Assembly (NCBI GenBank): GCA_947500385.1
Contig: CANMSA010000007.1
Span: 116,929 to 180,928 of the forward strand
Direction: 5' to 3'
Length of the DNA stretch: 64,000 bases
Origin: an uncultured Flavobacteriaceae bacterium
GTDB taxonomy: Bacteria > Bacteroidota > Bacteroidia > Flavobacteriales > Flavobacteriaceae
In this document: piece after piece, positions 17,220 to 24,411 of the stretch
Layout: each line of letters opens with the position of its first letter
How positions within the stretch are numbered: position 1 is the stretch's first letter
The notes under the pieces: model-generated
Database searches by the model: none
What the model saw: the letters and a program-made list of their open reading frames with translations, nothing else
What the model was told of the DNA's origin: nothing
Translations under genes and position numbers: made by a program

Positions 17220-17714
17220 TTATACCGCCATGTCCGCACAGGACGAGCTTGCAAACGCAAACGGTTTTGCCTTAAAAACAAATCCCATTCCAAGGATATA
17301 GCCCATCGCTTCTTTTAGTGCCACATTCGATTCAAATTTGGGATCCGTATTAATATCGGCGTGCACTTCAAGCTCGACATTGTATTTGTCCAAAATGTGG
17401 CAGATTGCATAAGCTGTCTCGACGGACATGGCCACTTCTTTTAACATACGCTCTTTGATACTGATGTTAGTAGTGCCCTTTTGATTTTTGATAAACATAA
17501 AACCACCTTTACCTTCCCTAAGTATGACCACTACAGTAGCATAGGCAATGTAAGACTTGTAGGCTTGTGAATCGGACCCTACACAAATCTTAATTCGATA
17601 TCCTGCCTTTTGCTCCCTGACAATGGCCTGCTCAACCAGAGTTGTGATGGGCTGTTCAAAAACCTTCCCGTTAAAATTTCTCCATTTATTCACTGCTATT
17701 TTCATAATTTTCAA
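17220..17714 (-). CDS. Ribonuclease H-like YkuK (DUF458) family protein
   Basis: CVGSDSQ, LKEV, LEVHADIN and KP.AFA.SSCAD motifs; start probably at 17705 or 17714. Confidence 0.85.
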   Translation of the reverse strand: MKIMKIAVNKWRNFNGKVFEQPITTLVEQAIVREQKAGYRIKICVGSDSQAYKSYIAYATVVVILREGKGGFMFIKNQKGTTNISIKERMLKEVAMSVETAYAICHILDKYNVELEVHADINTDPKFESNVALKEAMGYILGMGFVFKAKPFAFASSSCADMAV

Positions 17715-17728
17715 TCATTTTTTTGTTT

Positions 17729-17827
17729 TGGAACATACTGGGATGGAACCCTTCGACTTTGCCCAGGACAGGCCCGGTACCTTTGGTACTTAAAACCAAC
17801 GTGCACACCTACTACACTGCTGTTCCC
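17729..17827 (-). pseudogene. tRNA-Leu(TAA)-like, degenerate, with REP-like insert in T arm
   Basis: GGGAACA...TTGGT-TTTAAGT-ACCAA...ATGTTCC-A; insert ccttcgactttgcccaggacagg on the + strand. Confidence 0.5.
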
Positions 17828-17832
17828 TTTTG

Positions 17833-17905
17833 GGTGACTTGAGAGATTCGAACTCTGTTCTTCGCTTTCACACAGCGATGTTTTACCACATAAACTAAAG
17901 TCACC
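17833..17905 (-). tRNA. tRNA-His(GTG)
   Basis: 8-bp acceptor GGTGACTT/AAGTCACC (G-1), anticodon arm TCGCT-GTGTGAA-AGCGA, T loop TTCGAAT. Confidence 0.75.
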
Positions 17906-17911
17906 ATGTTG

Positions 17912-17982
17912 TTCATCCGATAGGATTCGAACCTATACGACAAGAATCAAAGTCTTGTGTGCTCCCATTACACAACGGATGA
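17912..17982 (-). tRNA. tRNA-Gln(TTG)
   Basis: TCATCCG/CGGATGA; CAAGA-CTTTGAT-TCTTG; ATAGG-TTCGAAT-CCTAT. Confidence 0.85.
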
Positions 17983-18053
17983 ATTTTGTAGGCCTAAAAG
18001 GATTTATTCATGTCACTTCTATTGTTTTTTAACCGTATTCATGAATGCTCCTC

Positions 18054-18167
18054 ATTTGAACCCATACCACAAGGGTCGAAATGCTTTTCAGCATTCACGA
18101 ACTCCTTAATTTAATTAAACAAGGGCGTGAGCTAAACCTTGTATGCTAACCATTACATCACGGGTCT
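18054..18167 (-). pseudogene. tRNA-Arg(TCG) with 52-nt anticodon-loop insert and missing 3' end
   Basis: AGACCCG TG ATGT-AATGGTTA-GCAT A CAAGG TTT[52 nt]TTTCGAC CCTTG TGGT ATGGG TTCAAAT, after which the sequence diverges. Confidence 0.6.
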
Positions 18168-18184
18168 ATTTGCAAGCTTAACAA

Positions 18185-18256
18185 TCCCGAGACTTCGGGA
18201 GAACTCTTGCCTCAAGGGTAGAAACCTTACGTGCTATCCATTACTCTTTAGACTAC
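18185..18256 (-). pseudogene. Degenerate tRNA-Arg(TCT) with T-loop palindrome
   Basis: AAGG-TTTCTAC-CCTT, then GAG-TTC-[TCCCGAAGTCTCGGGA]; the 3' acceptor is lost. Confidence 0.5.
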
Positions 18257-18259
18257 TTT

Positions 18260-18335
18260 TGGTACTCCACCTTGGATTCGAACCAAGACTAAACAGGGCT
18301 TAAACCCGATGCCTCTTCCGTTGGGCTAGTAGAGC
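18260..18335 (-). tRNA. tRNA-Leu(TAA), short variable loop, CCA encoded
   Basis: GCTCTAC/GTGGAGT-A-CCA; loop TTTAAGC; CTTGG-TTCGAAT-CCAAG. Confidence 0.7.
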
Positions 18336-18451
18336 AGTGATAAAAGGAGAGCGATTCCCTTCGACTGTGCTCAGGATACACTTCTCTTCTGTTTTACTTT
18401 TTACAAAATTTCAAAAGAACTTACCGAATACAGCTATTTCCATTTTTTTAG

Positions 18452-18525
18452 TACAGGGAGAGCGATTCGAACGCTCAAATACCTGATTCTAAATCAGGAG
18501 CCTTTGCCATTTTGGCCATCCCTGC
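18452..18525 (-). tRNA. tRNA-Leu(TAG), short variable loop
   Basis: GCAGGGA/TCCCTGT; CCTGA-TTTAGAA-TCAGG; GAGCG-TTCGAAT-CGCTC. Confidence 0.8.
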
Positions 18526-18531
18526 AAATCG

Positions 18532-18615
18532 TTGAGGCATTAGTCCCGACACTTCGGGAGAACCTAAGACTCCCGTGTTAAAAGGACGGTACTCTACCAA
18601 CTGAGTTATACCTCA
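18532..18615 (-). pseudogene. tRNA-Lys(TTT) with 16-nt palindrome in T loop
   Basis: TGAGGTA/TGCCTCA; loop CTTTTAA; TTAGG-TTC-[TCCCGAAGTGTCGGGA]-CTAA. Confidence 0.7.
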
Positions 18616-18620
18616 CTTTG

Positions 18621-18702
18621 TACTCTGTAAGGCCCCGACGCTTCGGGGGAACCCCTGTTTCCTGATAGAAAGTCAGGCGTACTACCATTATACGAACAGA
18701 GC
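18621..18702 (-). pseudogene. tRNA-Glu(TTC) with 16-nt palindrome in T loop
   Basis: GCTCTGT/ACAGAGT; CCTGA-CTTTCTA-TCAGG; AGGGG-TTC-[CCCCGAAGCGTCGGGG]-CCTT. Confidence 0.7.
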
Positions 18703-18716
18703 AAAAGTCTGAGAAG

Positions 18717-18867
18717 TCCCGCATTAGCGGGACGACCTCCCGCTTCCAAAGCGGGCAAACAACTCCCGACACTTAGGTCGGTATCCTGACTTTCGCGATG
18801 GCGAAACGTCAGGACCCGTACCTTCCCGATAGACAGTCGGGTGCTCTAGGCTTTGAACTACGGTACT
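18717..18867 (-). pseudogene. tRNA-Asp(GTC) 5' part followed by a stack of palindromic inserts
   Basis: GTTC-AAAGCCTA-GAGC, CCCGA-CTGTCTA-TCGGG, ACGGG-T, then a ~50-nt double hairpin and two more palindromes; no 3' acceptor. Confidence 0.6.
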
Positions 18868-18870
18868 TTG

Positions 18871-18954
18871 TGGAAGTAGTAGTCCCGACACTTCGGGAGA
18901 ACCCTTAATTCCACATAGAAAGTGTGGCGTCTTAGCCGTTTGACCAACGTAGCC
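18871..18954 (-). pseudogene. Chimeric tRNA-Glu(TTC) with T-loop palindrome
   Basis: GGCTACG...CCACA-CTTTCTA-TGTGG AAGGG-TTC-[TCCCGAAGTGTCGGGA]-CTAC TACTTCC-A; the 3' strand does not pair with the 5' acceptor. Confidence 0.6.
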
Positions 18955-18959
18955 TTTTG

Positions 18960-19031
18960 CGGTTCATACGAGAATCGAACTCGTATCTCCCGAGAGACAG
19001 TCGGGAAGGATTGCCATTACCCCAATGAACC
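18960..19031 (-). tRNA. tRNA-Asp(GTC)
   Basis: GGTTCAT/ATGAACC-G; CCCGA-CTGTCTC-TCGGG; ACGAG-TTCGATT-CTCGT. Confidence 0.85.
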
Positions 19032-19039
19032 CAATTTTG

Positions 19040-19111
19040 TACACCTACTAGGATTCGAACCCGGACTGAAAGAGTAGAAGTCTTTAGTGCTATCCCTTAC
19101 ACCATAGATGC
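19040..19111 (-). tRNA. tRNA-Arg(TCT)
   Basis: GCATCTA/TAGGTGT; AAAGA-CTTCTAC-TCTTT; T loop TTCGAAT with one T-stem mismatch. Confidence 0.8.
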
Positions 19112-19117
19112 TTCTTG

Positions 19118-19199
19118 TGGGAATGATAGGATTCGAACCTATTAAGCCAAAGCACCAGTTTTACAGACTGGCTCAACCCTCCATCGTTGACGCATTCCC
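19118..19199 (-). tRNA. tRNA-Tyr(GTA)
   Basis: GGGAATG/CATTCCC; CCAGT-CTGTAAA-ACTGG; longer variable region; ATAGG-TTCGAAT-CCTAT. Confidence 0.85.
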
Positions 19200-19206
19200 T
19201 TTTTTG

Positions 19207-19279
19207 AGACAAGGACAGGATTCGAACCTGTAAAAAACAGATTTGCAGTCTGCCACCTTAACCATTCAGCCACCTTGTC
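19207..19279 (-). tRNA. tRNA-Cys(GCA)
   Basis: GACAAGG/CCTTGTC with U73; GCAGA-CTGCAAA-TCTGT; ACAGG-TTCGAAT-CCTGT. Confidence 0.85.
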
Positions 19280-19283
19280 TATT

Positions 19284-19434
19284 TGGCGGAGTTGAGCCCC
19301 AAGGCTTCGAGGGAATACCGACGCTTGGGTCGGTATCCTGACTTTCACGAACGTGAAACGTCAGGACCTCCACCGCCTCTGGTGCGGCCTTGTTTAGCAG
19401 ACAAGTGTAACAAACCAGTATTTACCTACTCTCC
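19284..19434 (-). pseudogene. tRNA-Ser(GCT) with composite hairpin insert in T loop
   Basis: GGAGAGT...CTTGT-CTGCTAA-ACAAG, long variable arm GCCGC/GCGGT, GGAGG-T-[~70-nt insert]-...ACTCC-G-CCA. Confidence 0.65.
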
Positions 19435-19443
19435 ATTTTTTTG

Positions 19444-19517
19444 TCTGAGAGACAGGATTCGAACCTGCAACCTCCTGCATCCAAGGCAGGTAAACCAAAC
19501 CATCGTTATCCTCTCAG
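19444..19517 (-). tRNA. tRNA-Pro(TGG)
   Basis: CTGAGAG/CTCTCAG; CCTGC-CTTGGAT-GCAGG; GCAGG-TTCGAAT-CCTGT. Confidence 0.85.
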
Positions 19518-19522
19518 TGTTG

Positions 19523-19610
19523 CGGAAGGAGTGGGGGTCGAACCCACACGAGGCGTTAACTCCTAACTGTTTTCAAAACAGCGACCACCACCAAATTGGT
19601 TTGCCCTTCC
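19523..19610 (-). tRNA. tRNA-Ser(TGA)
   Basis: GGAAGGG/TCCTTCC-G; GCTGT-TTTGAAA-ACAGT; long variable arm; GTGGG-TTCGACC-CCCAC. Confidence 0.85.
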
Positions 19611-19616
19611 ATCTTG

Positions 19617-19691
19617 TTGACCCGATGGGAATCGAACCCATGACCTCGACCTTAAAAGGGCCTTGCTCTAACCTGGCTGAGCTACGAATCA
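19617..19691 (-). tRNA. tRNA-Lys(TTT)
   Basis: TGATTCG/CGGGTCA; GCTC-AGCCAGGTTA-GAGC; loop CTTTTAA; ATGGG-TTCGATT-CCCAT. Confidence 0.85.
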
Positions 19692-19740
19692 ATATTTAAA
19701 TTTTACCCAATCCCTCTCTGAGGGTTTCAATGAACATCAT

Positions 19741-19774
19741 AAAAAAAGCGCCTCCTGTTCTGGGAGACGCTTTT
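19741..19774 (-). terminator. Attenuator terminator 1 (upstream of tRNA array)
   Basis: GCGTCTCC-CAGAACA-GGAGGCGC followed by T7. Confidence 0.75.
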
Positions 19775-19796
19775 GTATTGCTAGGCTTTATTTGAG

Positions 19797-19979
19797 TTAA
19801 ACCCATATATACTTCTCCCGTTTATTATTGTACAGTCTTTCTCCATAAAAATATAAACTCGATTTCGGTGAGTTTATCGGTGTGAGTGTATGTACCATTT
19901 CTTTTCTCATTTTTTCAAATTCGTAAGAACCCCAACAACGTTGATTTTTTTTCCTATGTGTATGTCGTTGTGTTTTCAT
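19797..19979 (-). CDS. Putative 60-aa leader peptide (MKTQRHTHRKK...KREKYIWV)
   Basis: Starts about 20 nt after a CATCTTTG element (20000-20007), ends just before terminator 1, and contains GGGAGA complementary to the terminator 5' arm. Confidence 0.5.
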   Translation of the reverse strand: MKTQRHTHRKKNQRCWGSYEFEKMRKEMVHTLTPINSPKSSLYFYGERLYNNKREKYIWV

Positions 19980-20220
19980 TTGTCTTTTTTTCGACAGGGC
20001 AAAGATGAAAACGATTTTTAAATTATACAAGAAAAAAATTAATTTAATTTATTGATAATCAAATAGTTAAATTAAAATATAGACAATAGAATCCCTGTCC
20101 GTCATAGTGCGGATTTTGAACATTTATTACAACTGTCTGTCTACCAATTGTTTTCTGTTTCAACTATGTTATTTTATTTGTTTGCTACTTTTCACATTTT
20201 ACTTTAAAAAATTCCACAAA

Positions 20221-20250
20221 AAAAAGCGCCCAATTGTAATTGGACGCTTT
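20221..20250 (-). terminator. Attenuator terminator 2
   Basis: AAAGCGTCCAAT-TACA-ATTGGGCGCTTT followed by a U-run. Confidence 0.75.
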
Positions 20251-20283
20251 CATTTTATCGCTTAATCGAGTTATTTCATAGAA

Positions 20284-20394
20284 TCAATTCTTGGATAAAG
20301 TCACATAGCGTCCGTTTCGCTCACTATATTCTGAGCGAAAATCGCAGAGCCAAAGCTCTTGTATTTGGATGATATGTAACTTTCTCGGTTTCAT
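20284..20394 (-). CDS. Putative 36-aa leader peptide (MKPRKLHIIQIQELWLCDFRSEYSERNGRYVTLSKN)
   Basis: Directly after a CATCTTTG element; contains GGACGCT (20307-20313) complementary to the terminator-2 5' arm. Not in the ORF track. Confidence 0.5.
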   Translation of the reverse strand: MKPRKLHIIQIQELWLCDFRSEYSERNGRYVTLSKN

Positions 20395-20471
20395 TTGCTG
20401 TACAAAGATGTAATTTTTAATGGTTACAACACCATGATTTGTTCCTTTTTGTTTAAGAAAGAGCTTTTTAC

Positions 20472-20975
20472 TTAGGGGATATCCGATTCTAACTTCCTTT
20501 TGATTCTACTTTCCTCCGCCTCAATAAAGAATATCTCGTCGTTGACATAGGTATTCTTTTTTGCTTCGCTCAAGTGTTTCAGTGACAGCTTGTAATTTTC
20601 AGTTGTTTCCAAAGCAAACGCCGAAACACAATATAAACTTGCTTTATCAATACCCTTAATGGTAAAACCAAAATTGATCAGTTTAAAGGCTCTCTCGATT
20701 TCATCTGCCCAAATTAAGTAGGTAGCATACATAGGATATACCTCTAAATAGTCGGTGCTGATAGCGATTACCCTATCAAAACAGTCAAAAGCTTTGGCAT
20801 ATTGATTCAAGTTTTTTGCGTATACCTCTCCAAGCATACATAGTACCGCACAGTAATTTTCGTTGTAAGAAAGGGCGTAATTTAGCGATTCACACACGTC
20901 AATCCAATCAACGCAAGGGCCATTCATCGCTTCTTTGGCCTTTAAGTAATAGGTGTCTGCTATCGTTAGTTCCAT
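20472..20975 (-). CDS. TPR-like protein (paralog 2)
   Basis: LTIADTYYLKAK...LNYALSY; helical TPR-like pattern; close paralog of 21556-22086. Confidence 0.8.
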   Translation of the reverse strand: MELTIADTYYLKAKEAMNGPCVDWIDVCESLNYALSYNENYCAVLCMLGEVYAKNLNQYAKAFDCFDRVIAISTDYLEVYPMYATYLIWADEIERAFKLINFGFTIKGIDKASLYCVSAFALETTENYKLSLKHLSEAKKNTYVNDEIFFIEAEESRIKRKLESDIP

Positions 20976-21056
20976 AGTTGTTTTCTTAATTGGCTTTTAG
21001 TTTTGCCGTTTAGCCTTACATTTTTAATGCTCGTCTTGATCTTTAGAGTCGTTTCC
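20966..21056 (-). pseudogene. Degenerate duplicate of prfH 3' end
   Basis: Aligns with 22077-22168; ends QLRKQLWN* versus prfH QLRKQQWD* and overlaps the TPR start in the same way. Confidence 0.7.
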
Positions 21057-21210
21057 TCACTAAACCGGAATAAGATGTAGGCTTTGCAAGCGCAATTGAT
21101 TTCCCAACAGTTGAGCAAAGCTACTGTTGAATGGGAGTCATCTCGATTTCTTTGTATTGATGTCATGAAAGACTATCGATCACTATTATTTGAACACTGG
21201 TCAGATTTGT

Positions 21211-21447
21211 TTAATCAAAAGAGGCTTGCAACTTTTTAAGTCTATTCAACTCGCCAATGTTAGGGGGCAATTTGGTAAGCTTGTTTCCTCTCAGGTCTAG
21301 ATTCTTTAATGATTGAATTTCTTTGATTTTTGGCATCAACTGAATAAGATCTTCATTTGTAAGTTCCAAACTTGTAAGAGCCAACGTATTGCTCCATTGC
21401 TCTTTTGCTGTCCTTATCAATCGTTCTGCCTCGGTAATGTTTCCCAT
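21211..21447 (-). pseudogene. Truncated leucine-rich-repeat protein fragment
   Basis: LKNLDLRGNKLTKLPPNIGELNRLKKL, stopping after about two repeats (78 aa). Confidence 0.65.
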
Positions 21448-21555
21448 ATATCTACTTGTTTGTTAGTAAGTATGGGAAAGGGGTAGTTTCCCCCAACGAA
21501 AAGTAGAAACAATTAGGTTTGGGAGCTTCAGTGCCCTGCTGTGCGGGCATCAACC

Positions 21556-22086
21556 TTATTTTCGAAGTTTCTTTTTTTGTCTTTTGGAAGCAGGCTTCTT
21601 ATCCAATTTCAACTTTTTTTTGATTCGCTTTTCCTCTCCTTCGATAAAAGAAAAGTAGTCTTCGTTAAAAGAGTACTTTTTGGACTTCTTCAGATATTTC
21701 AGAGCAATTTGATAGTGCTCTTGGGTTTCCGCGGCATAGGCGGAAAGCCACAACAGACTGCCTTTTGATACGCCCTTTAGGGTCAATGCAAAAGCGATTA
21801 GATTTGTCGCTCTTTCAATTTCATCTGCCCAGATCAAGTATAAGGTGTACATGGGATAAACGTCCAAGTAATAGTTGTCTAAGGCGATTACTTTATCAAA
21901 ACATTCGAAAGCTTTCTCATATTGATGTAAGTTTCTGGCATACACGCTACCAAGAAGGCAAAGTGCCGCACAATGATTTTCGTCATAGGACAGGGCATAG
22001 TTTAACGATTCGCATACTTCGTCCCAGTCATAGCCGCGCGCGGCCTTGGCCTTTAAGTAGTAGGTGTCTGCTATGGTTAGTCCCAT
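21556..22086 (-). CDS. TPR-like protein (paralog 1), coupled to prfH
   Basis: MGLTIADTYYLKAK; TPR-like helices; Lys-rich tail; overlaps the prfH stop. Confidence 0.8.
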   Translation of the reverse strand: MGLTIADTYYLKAKAARGYDWDEVCESLNYALSYDENHCAALCLLGSVYARNLHQYEKAFECFDKVIALDNYYLDVYPMYTLYLIWADEIERATNLIAFALTLKGVSKGSLLWLSAYAAETQEHYQIALKYLKKSKKYSFNEDYFSFIEGEEKRIKKKLKLDKKPASKRQKKKLRK

Positions 22087-22769
22087 TGTTGTTTTCTTAG
22101 TTGGTTTTTTAGTTGTTGCCGTTTTGGCCTGTATTTTTTAAGTGTTTTTTGAGGTTTAAAGTCGGTACCTTTAAAAATACGAACAGGATTTCCACGCTGT
22201 AAATCCAAATGATTTTCCCATTGATCGGTCATCCTGCTTTTTAATTGCGCTAGGTTGGCTTCCTTCACCTTTTCCTTCAACCGAGCGATAGCCAATTTTT
22301 TATTTTGATGTTGAGAACGACTGTCCATCACTACTACCTGAACGCCCGTTGGGGTATGAATGGCGCGAACAGCGGAGTTTACTTTGTTCACATGCTGTCC
22401 TCCTGGACCCTTGCTCCGCATGGTCTGAAATGAGATTTCTTTTTCAGTTACCTCCATGGTCTGCGTCATTTTTAATTCGAAAGCGCCGATGAACCAGTTT
22501 TTCCGTTTATGATGTTTTCGAAATCTCGAGGTGCCGATCCATTGAATGGTACCCAGCCAAGTTGCTAAAAAAGTAGCTAGGTCCTTCCCTTTTAAGCAAA
22601 TTGTAACCGATTGTACAGTGCCGTTTTGGGTGCCTTTTTCCTGATGTAGGATGCTATGCTGAATACCTGCTTTTTTGGTTTCCTGCAAGAATAGTTTAAG
22701 TACTTGGGCAACCACCCAACCACATTCCGAGGGCCCTCTACCAGCTGTTATCTGTAGTATTTTTTCCAT
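22077..22769 (-). CDS. prfH: Peptide chain release factor H
   Basis: LQITAGRGPSEC, WIGTS, RKNWFIG and GPGGQHVNKVNSAVRA..PTG (GGQ); adjacent to rtcB. Confidence 0.93.
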   Translation of the reverse strand: MEKILQITAGRGPSECGWVVAQVLKLFLQETKKAGIQHSILHQEKGTQNGTVQSVTICLKGKDLATFLATWLGTIQWIGTSRFRKHHKRKNWFIGAFELKMTQTMEVTEKEISFQTMRSKGPGGQHVNKVNSAVRAIHTPTGVQVVVMDSRSQHQNKKLAIARLKEKVKEANLAQLKSRMTDQWENHLDLQRGNPVRIFKGTDFKPQKTLKKYRPKRQQLKNQLRKQQWD

Positions 22770-22859
22770 GGTTTTTTTTAGTATTTAGTAGTAGGTACTG
22801 AGTACAAAGTATTTTATCATACCTCCTTTGTCCTTCATACTCATATCTCACTACACTTT

Positions 22860-24251
22860 TCACTTATTCATTCGTACTATTTTAGGCGTAAAGGTTCCGA
22901 GTACCTCTACCAACTCTTGTTGATTCGCCATGACCTTCTCAATGTTTTTGTACGCCATGGGCGCTTCGTCGATACCTCCACCAATAAGGGTGACCTCGTG
23001 TTTTTGCAACTGCTTCTTGATCTCACTTTTGGTAAAAGTCTCTTTGCACTTTCGTCTTGAAAAAAGACGCCCGGCGCCATGGGAGGCAGAATTTAAACTT
23101 GTTGTATTTCCCAAACCCCTTACGACATAACCCGGCGCGGTCATGGAGCCGGGAATAATTCCCAGTTCACCTTTTGCCGCCGGAGTCGCTCCTTTTCGAT
23201 GCACGATACACTCCTTGCCGTTCAACTCCTGTTTCCAGGCCAAGTTGTGATGGTTCGCTATTTTGAACAATGGCTTTACACCTAAAAGTTTGGCCAATCT
23301 TGTGTGAATATTATCATGACAAGCGGTTGCATAATCTCCCGCTAAGTTCATGGCCAACCAATATTCCTGTCCGTCATGGGTATCCAAATCGAGCCAAGCA
23401 AGATGCTGTACATGTTTGGGCAGTGGGCATTGCTTTGTTGCCAAATAAGTATAGTGTTTCGCTATTTTGGCGCCCAGACCTCTAGAGCCACTATGCGACA
23501 AAATCCCAAGGTATTCCCCTGGTTTTAAACCCCATTCGTTCTGAAGGTCGGTAATGGAAACACTACCGAATTCCACAAAGTGATTGCCTCCACCGGAAGT
23601 ACCCAATTGTTTGTAGGCGGTATCCTTTAGACTTTTAAGTCGAGGGATGTTTTTAAATTCGTCCCGTTCAAAGATTTCATGATCATGCTTTATGGAATGC
23701 GTCTCGCGCATACCGAACTTGGTATGTTCGGAAAGCATGTTTGCCAATTGATGCTTCTTTCCTTTAAGGTAGGAAACCGCAATTGGATAAACGGTCAAAC
23801 ACATACTACAGCCAATATCGACTCCGACCCCATAGGGGATGACCGCATTATGGGTCGCCAACACCCCTCCGATCGGTAGGCCATACCCGCTATGTGCATC
23901 GGGCATCAATGCCCCCGCCACAGAAACCGGTAGTTTTAAAGCATCGTACAATTGATACTTCGCTTGCTGTTCAATTTCATTTTCACCATATATCTGAAAA
24001 GGGGCACGCACTTTTTTGAGTTCCTGTTTTTTAACGATGACCGGGTCTAACAAACTTTCGGCAATCTTTCCCCATACCCCATCACCTTGATAGTCTTCTG
24101 GGTGCAACAATACTTTTTTAGCTACGGTCAATACCTGCTCCTTTTTCATTCGCTTGTGGTATCGGTTGATCTGCCCCAAGGTAATGTTGATACTGTTGTT
24201 CTTTGGAAAACCTAATTTGATCAGGTCCTTTCCGCTTAATTTCTTTCCCAT
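22860..24251 (-). CDS. rtcB: RNA ligase RtcB (PrfH-linked type)
   Basis: PDAHSGYGLPIGG, GVDIGC, GTSGGGNHF, HSGSRG, HHN, HRKGAT, PGSM, SHGAGR and DEAP motifs. Confidence 0.95.
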   Translation of the reverse strand: MGKKLSGKDLIKLGFPKNNSINITLGQINRYHKRMKKEQVLTVAKKVLLHPEDYQGDGVWGKIAESLLDPVIVKKQELKKVRAPFQIYGENEIEQQAKYQLYDALKLPVSVAGALMPDAHSGYGLPIGGVLATHNAVIPYGVGVDIGCSMCLTVYPIAVSYLKGKKHQLANMLSEHTKFGMRETHSIKHDHEIFERDEFKNIPRLKSLKDTAYKQLGTSGGGNHFVEFGSVSITDLQNEWGLKPGEYLGILSHSGSRGLGAKIAKHYTYLATKQCPLPKHVQHLAWLDLDTHDGQEYWLAMNLAGDYATACHDNIHTRLAKLLGVKPLFKIANHHNLAWKQELNGKECIVHRKGATPAAKGELGIIPGSMTAPGYVVRGLGNTTSLNSASHGAGRLFSRRKCKETFTKSEIKKQLQKHEVTLIGGGIDEAPMAYKNIEKVMANQQELVEVLGTFTPKIVRMNK

Positions 24252-24357
24252 GATACAATGAGATATTAGATGTTAGACCGAAGACCTAAGAGGTCTCCGG
24301 AGATACTATTTTTCTTGAATGTTGTTTCGAAAAGAGCTGCTCTAAAAACTGAGGCAT

Positions 24358-24389
24358 AAAAAAGTCCGAAAGCGTACGGCTTCGGACTT
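24358..24389 (-). terminator. Attenuator terminator 3 (upstream of rtcB)
   Basis: AAGTCCGAAG-CCGTACGC-TTTCGGACTT followed by a U-run. Confidence 0.75.
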
Positions 24390-24411
24390 GCTATCATAAT
24401 CTAGTACAGAT

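Noticed and set aside
18185-19366. CRISPR array from recurring palindromes
   Set aside because: The repeats are 16-50 nt, irregularly spaced and embedded in tRNA genes, and there are no cas genes.
19797-20030. 77-aa ORF as called in the track
   Set aside because: The upstream part overlaps the promoter element; the ATG at 19979 is the more plausible start.
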